From positions 7,502,001 through 7,566,000 of the forward strand of contig NC_043012.1 in assembly GCF_006345805.1 (NCBI RefSeq): a stretch of 64,000 nucleotides of DNA, written 5' to 3'. Numbering within the stretch: the stretch's first letter is position 1; every line of letters begins with the position of its first letter. This DNA comes from Octopus sinensis. Its lineage: Eukaryota. The notes beneath the pieces were generated by a model. That model worked only from the letters and a program-made list of their open reading frames with translations, was not told the DNA's origin and did no database searches. Made by a program: the position numbers and the translations under genes. This document shows positions 26,270-40,399 of the stretch, piece after piece.

Positions 26270-26549
26270 TACAATACTGTAAGTTTGAATGATTATGATC
26301 ATAGTATCGCGAGACCGAGATTATATGTCAAGTTGTTACTTTCCCATTATTTTGCTGGATAATATGGTTTTTTTTTTTTAATTTCTGTTTTCAGAAACGG
26401 ACGTCAGAAAGTTTATGAAAACAGGAAAACTGAATGGGAATAAAATTTCAAATAAGAAAAAAAAAACGGATGAAAGTAAGCTTGAAGAATGACGAAGCAA
26501 CGAGGTTTAACAGCTGACTGTAATTAGCGTGTATGTTCTGGTTTTGTTA

Positions 26550-26960
26550 GGCGCAGGAGTGGCTGTGTGGTAAGTAGCTTGCTAACCAACCACATGGTTC
26601 CGGGTTCAGTCCCACTGCGTGGCATCTTGGGCAAGTGTCTGCTGCTATAGCCCCGGGTCGACCAATGCCTTGTGAGTGGATTTGGTAGACAGAAACTGAA
26701 AGAAGCCTGTCGTATATATGTATATATATATATGTGTGTGTGTGTATATGTTTGTGTGTCTGTGTTTGTCCCCCTAGCATCACTTGACAACCGATGCTGG
26801 TGTGTTTACGTCCCCGTCGCTTAGTGGTTCGGCAAAAGAGGCCGATAGAATAAGTACTGGGCTTACAAAGAATAAGTCCCGGCGTCGATTTGCTCGACTA
26901 AAGGCGGTGCTCCAGCATGGCCGCAGTCAAATGGCTGAAACAAGTAAAAGAGTAAAGAGT
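26550..26960 (+). mobile_element. SINE family 2
   Basis: Full-length copy with head GCGCAGGAGTGGCTGTGTGGTAAG and tail (AAAAGAGT)n. Confidence 0.88.
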
Positions 26961-27985
26961 AAAAAGGGAGTAATGATATCGGATGGCTTGTTAATTCATC
27001 AAATACATTAGCATTTGATCTTAATGTTTTTGTTAAGTGTTACACACTTTCAGTAAATTATGATTTCACAGGGGACGCAAAAGGAGATTCCGTTGTGTGG
27101 ACTATTTTATTGCCAAAGACTCGCCATGGCTTGTCTCTTCTTCATAGATGAAAGAATCATCTGTATGTGCTTATCTTTTTTCAGTCTTTGAACCGTGGCC
27201 TTGCTGGGGCACTGCCTTGAAGGGTTTAGGTCAAAGAAATCGCCCCAAGTTCTTACTTTATTTTTTAAAGTTTAGTACTTATTTTATCGGTCTCTCTTTT
27301 GCTGGGCCGCTAAGTTACACGAGTGTAAACAACCTAACACCGGTTTTCAAGTGGGGGGCGCAGAAATACAGACAGAAAGACATACACACGCACGTATACA
27401 TATGTATATTTATATATACGACATACGAACATATGACGATCTTCCACAAAGCTTCTGTCTACCACATTCACTCATAAAGCACTGGTCGGCCCAGGGCTAT
27501 AATGGTAAATAATTGCCCGAGCTGCTGTGCTACCGGACTGAACACGAAACTATATTTTTCCACAGCCTGGATCTCAACGTGGATCTTTGCGTGTATTTGT
27601 CGTCACACCTTTTAGGAATTCTAATGACTTCCATCACTGTGCAATTAATCATATACCAAGAAAGCCGCAGTGAAATTCCCAAGAGTTTGCGGTACATTTT
27701 CTGGCCATCAGAAACCAACCAGAAAAGAGCGTCGTACGTCAGTTTGACAATTCTGTAAAACGACTTGAGGGGCATCAAAAAGGAATTATTTTCAAAATCT
27801 TATCTATTTGGTGCCCCTGATGTTTTATAATCGGAGCAGGGACAGGGGACAGAAGTATTACAGCTGGAAATGTATAAAGAGTCTGTACAAGTTCCATATT
27901 GAAGAAAAAACAATCATTCACATCAGTAGTTCGCAACCATTTTTTTTATCTATAACCTCTTTGATAACTATTTTATTTCATGTCC

Positions 27986-28209
27986 GGTAAGTTCACTGTC
28001 ATCAATTTACCGCAGGGAAAGTTCACCGTAAGGAATGTTCACTGCGAAGAAAGTTCACTGCAAGGTAAGTTTACGGAGAGGTAAGTTCACAATAAAAGAA
28101 TAAAAAAGAACAACTTATTTTCGAACTGTAAAGTTCATGGTGAACTTACTTCACGGTGGATTAATGGAGGTGAACTCTCCTGCGATGATTTGATAGAGGT
28201 GAACTTACC
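27986..28209. mobile_element. Possible MITE with subterminal AAGTTCAC repeats
   Basis: GGTAAGTTCAC left and GTGAACTTACC right, with multiple internal copies of the motif in mirror orientation. Confidence 0.45.
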
Positions 28210-28307
28210 TGTAGTCATTTTATTCTGGTGGACCCCACCAAAGCCAATCAATGAAAACTTCTTTCAAAATTCCTATTTTGTCGTTCATTCAATAGTGTGG
28301 ATATATA

Positions 28308-28691
28308 TGGAAGCACTCCGTCGGTTACAACGATGAGGGTTCCGGTTGATCCGAATCAACGGAACAGCCTGCTCGTGAAATTAACGTGTAAGTGGCTGAG
28401 CACTCCACAGACACGTGTACCCTTAACGTAGTTCTCGGGGATATTCAGCGTGACACAGAGAGTGACAAGGCCGGCCCCTTGAAATACAGGTACAACAGAA
28501 ACAGGAAGTAAGAGTGAGAGAAAGTTGTGGTGAAAGAGTACAGCAGGGATCACCACCATCCCCTGCCGGAGCCTCGTGGAGCTTTTAGGTGTTTTCGCTC
28601 AATAAACACTCACAACGCCCGGTCTGGGAATCGAAACCGCGATCCTATGACCACGAGTCCGCTGCCCTAACCACTGGGCCATTGCGCCTCC
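28308..28691 (-). mobile_element. SINE family 3
   Basis: Full-length match to the other copies. Confidence 0.88.
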
Positions 28692-28876
28692 ATGATTCAC
28701 TAGTGTAGGTTTACAATGACACGATCTGAGAGAACACATTTCAGTGATCAGAAACATGTTAAACTATGTAAAACATTGCAGAAAGAAACCTCGCTGTTTC
28801 TTGCAATGAATGTCTGAAACAATCTTTTTTTCATGAACTCATCAAATATTATTGTGGATCCTCAGTTTACTATTTT

Positions 28877-29281
28877 ACTAAGTCGGCGAGCTGGCAGAAA
28901 CGTTAGCACGCCCGGCGAAATGCTTAGCGGTATTTCGTCAGCCGCTACGTTCTGAGTTCAAATTCCGCCGAGGTTGACTTTGCCTTTCATCCTTTCGGGG
29001 TCGATTAAATAATTACCAGTTACGCACTGGGGTCGATATAATCGACTTAATCCCTTTGTCTGTCCTTGTTTGTCCTCTCTGTGTTTAGCCCTTTGTGGGT
29101 AGTAAAGAAATAGGTATTTCGTCTGCCGCTACGTTCTGAGTTCAAAATCCGCCGAGGTCGACTTTGCCTTTCATCCTTTCAGGGTCGATAAATTAAGTAT
29201 CAGTTGCGTACTGAGGTCGATCTAATCGACTGCCTCCACCTTCCACAAAATTTCGGGCCTTGTGCCTAGAATAGAAAAGAA
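28877..29281 (+). mobile_element. SINE family 1 dimer with TSD
   Basis: TTTACTATTTT on both sides (28866-28876, 29282-29292); first unit has tail type A, second has tail type B. Confidence 0.85.
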
Positions 29282-30352
29282 TTTACTATTTTGCCTGCGT
29301 AGACCTCGGTTAAGAACAACTCATTTACACAGTTAAGACATTGGTATGTCACACTAACTTTTTTTTATGAATCAGTCAATAATTATGTTTTAGCAGTAGT
29401 GTGCTTTTTTTAATGTATTAGTTTTAATCCAAGGTATCCAAGTTCGAAACCCATTATGCAATTAGTTCATACAGTATTATCACTAATAATCAATGTTTAC
29501 TGATGTGATTAATTCTCAAAGATACAACAATAGATATGCTAACAAAGCGCGTTTATATAAAAAAATAAAACACAATACGAGATTGAAGGTTCAATGCAGT
29601 ATATAGAAAAAAGTCATTTTAGTAACCCTAGGTTAAGCAGCCCTTTTATTGATTGCTCCACCTTGTCATAAAGGGACCTGTCCTCATATTACTATGTTTA
29701 TATTTGTCTCCTTACGTTTAGAAGTAGCAATCCCCTAACAGGTCAAACTGCCCCGAGAGCTAATAGCCACGTTAACAAACACCTTATCACGTGAAAACAC
29801 ACAACAGTATGCAGTCATATCAATTTATAATTGTCATATCTACAATATAGGTGCAGGTGTGGCGGTGTGGTTAACAAGATTGCTTCGCGACCACGTGATC
29901 TTGGTGTAATCGACTTACTCCTTTCCTCGAAATTACTGACCTCCTACTAATTTGGTACTAGTATTTTTTTTCTACTCTAGGCACAAAGCCCGAAACTTAT
30001 GGGCAGTGGGAGGGGGGGGACTGTCGATTATTTCGGCCTCAGTACGCAAGTGGTACTTAATCTGTCGACCCCGAAAGGATGAAAAGCAAAGTCGACCTCG
30101 GTGGAATTTGAACTCAGAACATAAAGACAGGCATAATACCGCTAAGCATTTCGCCCCGCGTGCTAACTTTTCTTATTTCTTTACTGCCCACAAGGGGATG
30201 AACACAGAGGGGACAAACAAGGACAGACAAATGGATTAAGTCGATTATATCGACCCCAGTACGTAACTGGTACTTAATTTATCGACCCCGAAATGATGAA
30301 AGGCAAAGTCGACCTCGGCGGAATTTAAACTCAGAACGTAAAGGCAGGAGTG

Positions 30353-30716
30353 GCGCAGGAGTGGATGTGTGGTAAGTAGCTTGCTAACCAACCACACGGT
30401 TGCGGGTTCAGTCCCACTGCGTGGCATCTTGGGCAAGTGTCTTCTGCTATAGCCCCGGGCCGACCAATGCCTTGTGAGTGGATTTGGTAGACGGAAACTG
30501 AAAGAAGCCTGTCGTATATATATATATATATGTATATGTGTGTGTGTGTCTGTGTTTGTCCCCCTAGTATTGCTTGACAACCGATGCTGGTGTGTTTAGG
30601 TCCCCGTAACTTAGCGGTTCGGCAAAAAGAGACCGATAGAATAAGTACTAAAGGGTGGTGCTCCAGCATGGCCGCAGTCAAATGACTGAAACAAGAAAAA
30701 GAGTAAAAGAGTAAAG
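30353..30716 (+). mobile_element. SINE family 2 inserted among family 1 units
   Basis: Same family as 26550-26960, with an internal deletion near the tail. Confidence 0.8.
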
Positions 30717-31287
30717 AGAGAGAGCAGACGAAATACAGCTACGCATTTCGCCCGGCGTGCTAACATTTCTGCCAGTTAGCCGCCTTAATTTGAAACCAAT
30801 ATTCTTTTCTACTCTAGGCGCAAGGCCCGAAATTTTTTTTGGGGGGGGACCCAATCGATTAGTTCGACACCAGTACATATCGACCCCGAAAGGATGAAAG
30901 GCAAAGTCGACCTCGGCGGAATTTGAGCTCCGAACATGAAAACTGAGTTCAAATTCCGCCGAGGTCGACTTTGCCTTTCATCATTTCGGGGTCGGTTGAA
31001 TAAATACCAGTTGTGCACTGGGGTCGATGTGATCAATTTTCCCCACCCCACAAAAATACTGGCCTTGTACCAAAATATTGTATCACATAGTTCCTAGATT
31101 CATTAATCCTAACTGAACAGAGCTTAACCAGTATTTAACCTAAAATATATATAACGATTGTGTTTGAAATTTTATTAAAGACTAGAAATATAAATTGCAT
31201 TCATAACCATAAGCGTATTATGCAAAGTACCAGGGTTCCAAGTATAAAATTTCGTAACCAAATATTATGTTATTGAGATGTATTTTT

Positions 31288-31333
<46 letters not shown>

Positions 31334-31351
31334 GTTGACTTACTCCCTCAT

Positions 31352-31456
31352 GTTACTTATAGTTTTGTGGACGCGAAAGCACATCAGTTTCTTCGGACGT
31401 TCGGTATGTCCAAAGAGATGGACGCGCTCTCACGTCCACACAAAGCTATAAGTAAC
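31352..31456. repeat. Short imperfect inverted repeat (possible MITE remnant)
   Basis: GTTACTTATAGTTTTGTGGACG ... CGTCCACACAAAGCTATAAGTAAC. Confidence 0.5.
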
Positions 31457-31545
31457 CCGAGGAACTAGGTCAAACGAATACTCAGTGACTACAAACTGTT
31501 GCCTCATGCGTTGAGTGCTACTTCATCATTTATGTACTCACTTTC

Positions 31546-31604
<59 letters not shown>

Positions 31605-31797
31605 AGCGAAAAGAAATAACGGTCTTTTGGCTGCTATTTTAAATTTTCGGTATGTGGTCTAGCACTTTTGCTAAACCCTTAATTATTATTATAATTATAT
31701 ATAAAACTTCTTGTATAAGTTTTTACCGAATACGGTTCTTTTCCATACCGAAACTACTTGGTAAAATTTATTAATTATAAATTAATAATTGTTTACC

Positions 31798-31829
<32 letters not shown>

Positions 31830-31979
31830 ATATATATATATATATATATAGGTACGTACATATATGTTCGTATGTATGCATATATTTTATTTATACACTA
31901 TTGTATGACTGAGCGCTCCCCTCGCGTCGATTCGATCGATTCGTTTCGTTTCGTTTCGTTTTCTCTTCTTCCAAGCTGC

Positions 31980-32074
<95 letters not shown>

Positions 32075-32199
32075 CAGTGCGGGAGATGAGTTACAGGAAG
32101 AGGTTGAAAAAACTACGACTTTATTCCCTAAAGTGAAAACGCGACAAATACGTAATAATCTACATGTGGTAAATTCTGGAAGGGGCTAGTAAATTAATT

Positions 32200-32510
32200 T
32201 CGGCATTGACTGTTATACAGATGCCCGAACTGGACGCCGTTGTATTGTACGAAAGGTACCGTCCACTCCGTCTAAATTCAGGACTAGCTATTGCAATAGC
32301 TTAGGAACCAAAGGCCCACAGCTCATCAATGCTCTGCCACAAAATTTAAGAAAGCCCACACAATGTGGACGTAGATATCTCCAAAAAGTGACTAGACATT
32401 CTCCTTTCCATAATACCGAATGAACCAACGACTCCGCAAGAGGTACAGGTGAGGGCAGCAGTGCCAAACTCCCTTGTTCACCAAATGGGCCAACAATCAG
32501 GACAAAAGCA
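32200..32510 (+). mobile_element. LINE 3' end (I/Nimb-like)
   Basis: GRRCIVRKVPSTPSKFRTSYCNSLGTKGPQLINALPQNLR followed by frameshifted remnants. Confidence 0.55.
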
Positions 32511-32967
32511 CATGCAGGAATTATGGTGTGAAACCCCCACAACCTCAAGAAATCAGCCAAAGAAGAATTGTACGTAAGAGTACAAAATCACGGTAACGCT
32601 CCAGTATGACCGCAACCGCTTGGCAAAAAGGAATAAAAGAAAAGAATATATATGTATACATTCGTACGTACATACATACATACATACATACATACATACA
32701 TACATACATACATACAAACATACATACATACACACATACATACATACATACATACATACATACATACATACATACACACATACATACATACATACATACA
32801 AACATACATACATACATACATACATACATACATACATACTAAGATATATATATATATAATTGGCAGAAATTATGGGTTATATACATTTACTTTTTATTAT
32901 AGGCTTACAGCTGTTTCAGATATGCATTGCTGCATGTATATGTATATATATAATATATGTGTGTGTG

Positions 32968-33043
<76 letters not shown>

Positions 33044-34800
33044 GCAGTCATGTATGTATGTATGTATGTATGTATTTATTATACACCACACACACACACA
33101 CATACATAGATATATGTATATGTATGTGTGTGTATGTGTGTTACAATCTAATGAGTTTGTTTTTTATTAAGAAAAAAAATCTAATAATTGACTATCGCTG
33201 GAGTTCCGCACAGTGAGAGGAACGAAAGTCTTCTGTGCCTTTGGCTGATTTCAGGGCAGAAGCGAAACAAAAGAAGATCCTGGTTCTCCACGTTGACAGT
33301 TGAACATAGTAAAAAAAAAAAAAGGGATGACGTAGAGGTTCCTTCGATGGCCTTGTTCTACTTATTGCTCCTATTGCTGGTGTTGTTCAACCATAGATTG
33401 GCTTTAACCGAGTAGATCAAGCACTAGAGTAGCTAGGAGTGGTCTGAACCTGGTGGCACTTTTAAAGAGGAGGCATTTTTATAGAGGCGGCACTTTCCAT
33501 CCTGTTGTAGGCTATTGCTGTAGGTAGTATGTGTTTTTTGTGGGCTTCGGGCCGACAAATAGAAGGGCCGTCCCGGGCGACACACACTACAGCTACGCTA
33601 GTGAAATCAAGTGTTCCAGCCATTTTTTTTTTCTTAGGCCACATTATTAAGATTTCTCTCTTAAGAAGGCGGCGAGCTGGCAGAAAGGTTAGCATGCCGG
33701 GCGAAATGCTTAGCGGTATTTCGTCTGCCGCTACGTTCTGAGTTCAAATTCCGGCGGAATTTGAACTCCGAACATGAAGACTGAATTCAAATTCCGCTGA
33801 GGTCGACGTTGCCTTTCATCCTTTCGGGGTCGATAAATTAAGTACCTGTTGCGCACTGGGGTCGATGTAATCGACTTAATCCCTTTGTCTGTCCTAGTTT
33901 GTCCCTTCTATGTTTAGCCCCTTGTGGGCAATAAAGAAATACATATTATTAAGATTTCTCTCTTTTTAATATTGTATGGTGTTTGGGAGCAGATTTGGTT
34001 GGTATTTCTAGCATTTCGAAATATATCGTTGGTGGTTAACTTCGCATCACGTTCAAGTTAAAAAGTAAATAGAGAAAAGGGTAACGTGAGGAAAGAAAGG
34101 TCGTCTGCACTGAACCTTAGTACACTGAGAGAGGGGGACGGGGAGAGAGAAACAGAAAGGAGTAAAGACAGGGGGGGAAGAAGAGAAAGGGAGTGCAAAT
34201 CACGTGAGAGTGGCGTCGTCTGCGCAATGTGATAATACTGGCCGACAGACGTTCATGCAAACGCTATTACGCATGTATACACACACACACTCACACACAT
34301 ACACACACACACACACACACATACACACACACACTTTTCTCCCTCTCCCTTTCTCTCTTTCTCCCTCTCCCTCTCTCTCTTTCTCCCCTCTCCCTCTCTC
34401 TTTCTCCCTCTCTATCTCTCTTTCTCCTCTTTCTCTCTATCTCTCTCTTCTCTCTCTCATCTCTCTCTCTTCTCATCTCTCTCCTCTCTCCTCTCTCCTC
34501 TCTCCTCTTTCTCTCTCCCTCTCTCTATCTCTTGCTCTCTCTCTCCCCCTCCTCTCTTTCTCTCCCCTTTCTCAGTGCAGAAAGGACAGCTAGTGCAGTC
34601 CATATCATGTTGTGTTGCACCGGCACTCTGAAACTAATACACTTTCAACAATAACAGCAACAACAACAATTACAATAGCCACGACATCAACACCAGCAAC
34701 TTTATGAGCCATGCGCTATCATGGAAGCCCCGACCTGTCAGAAATAGCAGCCAAATTCCTCTCAAAACACACCTGACTGACTTTGAGAAAAAAAACTTAT

Positions 34801-35218
34801 AGGTGCAGGAGTGGCTGTGTGGTAAGTAGCTTGCTAACCAACCACATGGTTCCGGGTTCAGTCCCACTGCGTGGCATCTTGGGCAAGTGTCTTCTGCTAT
34901 AGCCCCGGGCCGACCAATGCCTTGTGAGTGGATTTGGTAGACGGAAACTGAAAGAAGCCTGTCGTATATATGTATATATATATATATATATATGTATATG
35001 TGTGTGTGTGTGTCTGTGTTTGTCCCCCTAGCATTGCTTGACAACCGATGCTGGTGTGTTTACGTCCCCGTCACTTAGCGGTTCGGCAAAAGAGCCCGAT
35101 AGAATAAGCACTGGGCTTACAAAGAATAAGTCCCGGGGTCGATTTGCTCGACTAAAGGCGGTGCTCCAGCATGGCCGCAGTCAAAATGACTGAAACAAGT
35201 AAAAGAAGAGTAAAAGAG
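34801..35218 (+). mobile_element. SINE family 2
   Basis: Full-length copy. Confidence 0.88.
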
Positions 35219-35447
35219 ATGTTTGATAATATAGTCCAGAATGTGCCCCTCCAGCAAAAAATATTTCAAGGAATGGGATTGCTCATCAGAGACGATTTGA
35301 GGTTTAGCAACAACTACAAACCAATGACTGTGCCTTTATACAATCATTCGATAAGCCGTAAATAACAATCTCTCTCAAGTGAAGCTATACCGTCTTTTGT
35401 TAAGGCAATGAAGTGTGTCATTCTATGGAAGAGTTAGCTGTTATTTC

Positions 35448-35890
35448 GGATCTTTTCGGTTTGAACGGCAGTTTTTTCTAGCGGTGTCATATGAAATTGT
35501 CACCCATAATTATGACCCTAGAATCGATCTATTGCATTTCAATCTCTTTTAGGGTTAGGGTTAGTTAGGGTTAGAGTTAGGGTTGGGGTTAGGGGTGGGG
35601 AAAGGGTATCTTTTTTTCCTCACAAATGTAAATAAACCCAATCTGTTTCTTAAACGAGGGACATATTCATGCGGCACAGAATGCTTTTTAACTCAATAGA
35701 CGTCACTGATTGGTTGAAATTGCAGAAATTGAAGAAAAAATCCACAAATATCTTACAAACTATAGAATTTTCTCAATAAAGCCAAGAGAAAAAGATGCTT
35801 TATAAACACATTCTACCAGTATACGAAGTTTAAAATTTTTTAGTTACCTAGAAATTATGTTAAAAACTGCCGTTCAAACCGAAAAGATCC
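35448..35890. mobile_element. 443-bp MITE with 29-bp TIRs and 8-bp TSD, containing TTAGGG-like repeats
   Basis: TIR GGATCTTTTCGGTTTGAACGGCAGTTTTT is perfect; TSD GTTATTTC at 35440-35447 and 35891-35898. Confidence 0.9.
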
Positions 35891-38190
35891 GTTATTTCGA
35901 ATCAGCTGAATGTCCACATAGACTATCCTTGACTCAAATTCAGAATGGTGTTTGGCCTGGAAAAAAAAAGGACTATTCGAGGTTCTAGTCCAGAATTTTG
36001 GGGAAGAATATGGTGAAAGATGTTATGCTTCACAGTATTTAGCTGACAAGCTATTTAGTTGAGTGGAGTAGAGCCGGTTGTAGTAGCGACTGAAGAAACG
36101 CAAGCAGAAGAAGTAATGTGTCTGTGAACTATTTGTCGTATCATACTGCTAAGTGGAATAATAGACTTCATAAATATATTGTCTATGACGTACATGGATG
36201 TATAAACCTGCAGAACTGCACTATGCTATCCCAGAGCTGCTTTAGATATGGGAGAGACCTTAAGCTTTATAAAAGAAAGCTTGGTGTCTCTTTGTTTAAA
36301 AAAATGTTTCTTAAAAAAGTGGATTCACGAAGACTATTTTACGTCCCCTGCAGATTGAGAGACCTTAAGCTTGTAGATTTGTTAAGTTTATACTTAAATC
36401 CGGCTATGCATAGATACGAGCAATGATTCCGACGTGAGGATTAGCCACCGAATATGACTGAAATAGTTGCTAGACCTGAAAGAAGAAAAAAAAAAGAAAG
36501 ACATTAAGAAAATCTGGTCTTTGCAGTGCAGTTTTTGTGAGGGTACAACGTTATACAATGTTTGAAGTCATTATGGAGGATCGATCGAAACGGAGTATTT
36601 GATTTCGATTCTTCGTTGGAACGGCTTCACGTGAATCTTGGTGTCATTTTAGAGTTTTTAATCGCCAAGCTCCATATTGACGTTTTTGTAGCAGTCGTTT
36701 TTTTGCTGTTGTTATTATTGTTGTCGTTGCTGCTGCTGTAGTTGTCGCTGTTGTTATCGTCTTCTTCTTCTTCTTCTTCTTCTTCTTCTTCTTCTTCTTC
36801 TTCTTCTTCTTCTTCTTCTTCTTCTTCTTCTTTCTTCTTCTTTCTTCTTCTTCTTCCAATCAGGACTCACGCCATTAGCCACAAAACATAATCTCTAATT
36901 CGAGCCTACTCTAAGCTACTAAGAATGCGTGCGGCAACTTGAAGATCCACCCACCACACGCGATAGACTGACGGTTGCACGGGCGCGAAAGCTACGCTGT
37001 TATCCTCATTCCGTAAACGGTGGCTTTTTTTAACGGGTGATGGCTGAACCATCCTGGGGTACAGAGGATTCGCAATCTAGACTAGGGTCTGAAAGTTTAC
37101 CACACCATAGTGGGTCACACCATGATTCCTTTGCTTTGTGTGTGTTTATTGAGCGAAAACACCTAAAGCCCCACGAGGCTCCGTCAGGGGGGGGGCCACT
37201 CCTGTTGTACTCTTTCGTGGGGCTTTAGGTGTTTTCGCTCAATAAACACTCACAACGCCCGGTCTGGGAATCGAAACCGCGAGTCCGCTGCCCTAACCAC
37301 TGGGCCATTGCGCCTCCATTTGCTGCTGTTGTTGCTGCTGTAGTTGTCACTGTTGTTGTTGTCATCGTCGTCGTCACTGCTATCGTTGTTGTCGTTGTTA
37401 TCGTTCCTATTGTCGTTGTACCCCAGGCAAAACGAGATCGAATAGTCAAGGGAGAAAAACCACTCAAGCAGTAAAGCCCTGTCCTTGACGTTGCATTATC
37501 TAATGTCTATCTAATGTCTAATAACGATTAAAGTATGATGACTCGAGGGAGATATTTAGCTGCTATTTTAGCAAATCGAGCTACCATGTTGAATCAAGTT
37601 GTCTCTGTACCACGTGACCAAGATGTCGCAATGGAAACCTGCTGGGCTCACATCGATATCTGCGTTGTTTTAATCAGCTTTAAGCTGTTTACTGTAGTGG
37701 AATGGTCGATGGTAAGTTAATCGACCACACCCTTCATATTGAGATGGAGATTAGAGGAGCCCAGAACAAGTGGAAGCATGCATTGTCTAGCAAAATCGTA
37801 GCCGGTGATTTTGTACACGCAACAGGTTCACAAACGGAGCCAGTGCTTGTGGGAACATTAGATAAATTCAATATCGTAACCAGTGTTTAGTACACGTAAC
37901 AGATTCAGAAGCAAAGCCAGTGCTTGTGGACACATCAGATGGGTTTAGTATCGTAACTAGTGTTTTGTACATGCAACGGGTTCACTGGTAGGGCTAAGGC
38001 AGGGTCGGCCAATCTGAGACCCGCGGGGCATGCTTCTTACTTTCTTGAAATGGGTTTATTTAAACAAACATTTAAAAAAAAATTATCAAAAATTAAAGGT
38101 TTTAATGAAAAGTAAAAAAAGAACGATACTATTGTTTTTGCAATGATAATATTTCATGTTGAATCAACGAGCAATCATTCATTATTGTAA

Positions 38191-38574
38191 TGGAAGCACT
38201 CCGTCGGTTACGACGACGAGGGTTCCGGTTGATCCGAATCAACGGAACAGCCTGCTCGTGAAATTAACGTGTAAGTGGCTGAGCACTCCACAGACACGTG
38301 CACCCTTAACGTAGTTCTCGGGGATATTCAGCGTGACACAGAGAGTGACAAGGCCGGTCCCTTGAAATACAGGTACAACAGAAACAGGAAGTAAGAGTGA
38401 GAGAAAGTTGTGGTGAAAGAGTACAGCAGGGATCACCACCATTCCCTGCCGGAGCCTCGTGGAGCTTTAGGTGTTTTCGCTCAATAAACACTCACAACGC
38501 CCGGTCTGGGAATCGAAACCGCGATCCTACGACCGCGAGTCCGCTGCCCCTAACTACTGGGCCATTGCGCCTCC
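38191..38574 (-). mobile_element. SINE family 3 with TSD
   Basis: ATTATTGTAA at 38181-38190 and 38575-38584. Confidence 0.9.
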
Positions 38575-38880
38575 ATTATTGTAATAATAGCATGAGAAAG
38601 CAAAATGCTTTCAATTCTGTCAGTATACAAGCGGCCCTCAAAAAACTCTCTATGATTAAAGTGGCCCGCAATGTAATTCGAGTTGGCCAGGCCTGGGCTA
38701 GAACTTGTAGACACGTTATCATAGCCAGCGCTTGTTTGTTCAGATTTAATATTGTAGTGCTTGTGTGCTTAATAAGTAGATTCACAATTTCAGTGAGTGT
38801 TTTGTACAAACTTTTGTTTGATGTGCGTAGAGCTTGATTTGTGGTTGTCATATGTAAAGTAAACAATATTTTGTTTAATT

Positions 38881-39270
38881 AAGGTGGCAGCTGGCAGAAA
38901 CGTTAGCACGCCGGACGAAATGCTTTGTGGTATTTCGTCCGACACTCCGTTCAGAGTTCAAATTCCGCCCAGGTTGACTTTGCCTTTCATCCTTTCGGGG
39001 TCGATAAATTAAGTACCAGTTATGCAGTGAGGTCGATATAATCGACTTCATCCGTTTGTCTGTCCTTGTTTGTCTCCTCTATGTTTAGCCCGTTGTGGGC
39101 AATAAAGAAATAAGAAACGTTAGCACGCCGGACGAAATACTTTGTGGTAGTTCGTCCGCCGCTGCGCTCTGAGTTTAAATTCCGCCGAGGTTGACTTTGC
39201 CTTTCATCATTTCGGGGTCGACAAATTAAGTACCAGTTGCGCACTGGGGTTGATGTAATCGACTTAATCC
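38881..39270 (+). mobile_element. SINE family 1 dimer
   Basis: Junction AATAAAGAAATA|AGAAACGTTAGC. Confidence 0.82.
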
Positions 39271-39323
39271 GTTTGTCATGGTTAACTGGTTAAGGTCAAA
39301 CAACTTTATTATTATTATTATTA

Positions 39324-39879
39324 TTGAGTGAGAGAGCAGTTCATGCCATCAAAGTGACACTGGGGTAAAATATACGAAGCCCAATATACCCATCATGACT
39401 ACCCGTCTGATAAAGGTACACCAGGCACATGCATCACAACCATATGTGCGCGACATGGTGATCTCATATCAAGATAAACAGCACATGACCTTGCAGGTGG
39501 GGCCCAGTTAGAATTTTCTTCATGTTGAGTAGCCCATCCCGCTCAAACGGTCCCTGAATAAGGGTTGTTTAAGGATGTTGAAAGAACCACCCATGTTTCC
39601 AGAGGTGAACTATTCAAACCCCAAAGAATCCCTCTCAACACATGGCTATGATGCTCCCCCACTACTTCTGCTCGTGATCAGAGATGCACATATCGTCAGC
39701 CACTTAGGGACATGCTCAACTGGTTAAGGTCAAACAACTGACAAGCAAATCTGTGGTATTGAGCAGAATATTTGCTGTAGCCCATCTTTTATACCAAGAC
39801 AAAACAATGTACATGATAACACTTCCAATCAGTTAAGATCAGAAGCCATGAGAGCCACTGCCTGGTACTGCATCAGGGC

Positions 39880-39881
<2 letters not shown>
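39324..39881 (-). mobile_element. Second copy of the (AAT)n-inserted ~560-bp element
   Basis: Reverse complement of 18511-19070, flanked by (TTA)n. Confidence 0.8.
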
Positions 39882-39930
<49 letters not shown>

Positions 39931-40365
39931 CATTGTTATTGTGGTGATGGTAATTCAATACATTTGGAACATGTGGTGTTCTTCGATTGTCGTTGACAGG
40001 ATGCACTTTAGAGAGTCTTAGAGACATTCAAAAGTCGCCTCTGCATTCTTCTATCTATGGGAGGTGTGTATTCGCGCGTGCATATATAAATACATATATA
40101 TACACAAGCAGACAAGCAGTGTGTGTTTGTGAACTCAATGCGTAAGTGAAGAGTGTTCGTTAACACATAATTACTAAAAGGTTCATAATTCCAATCAGTA
40201 TACAAGGGAGTTTATTATTCATACATACATACATACATGTACATACATACATACAAACATACATACATACATACATACATACATACATACATACATACAT
40301 ACATACATGTACATACATACATACATACATAAATACATACATACATACATACATACATACATAAA

Positions 40366-40399
<34 letters not shown>

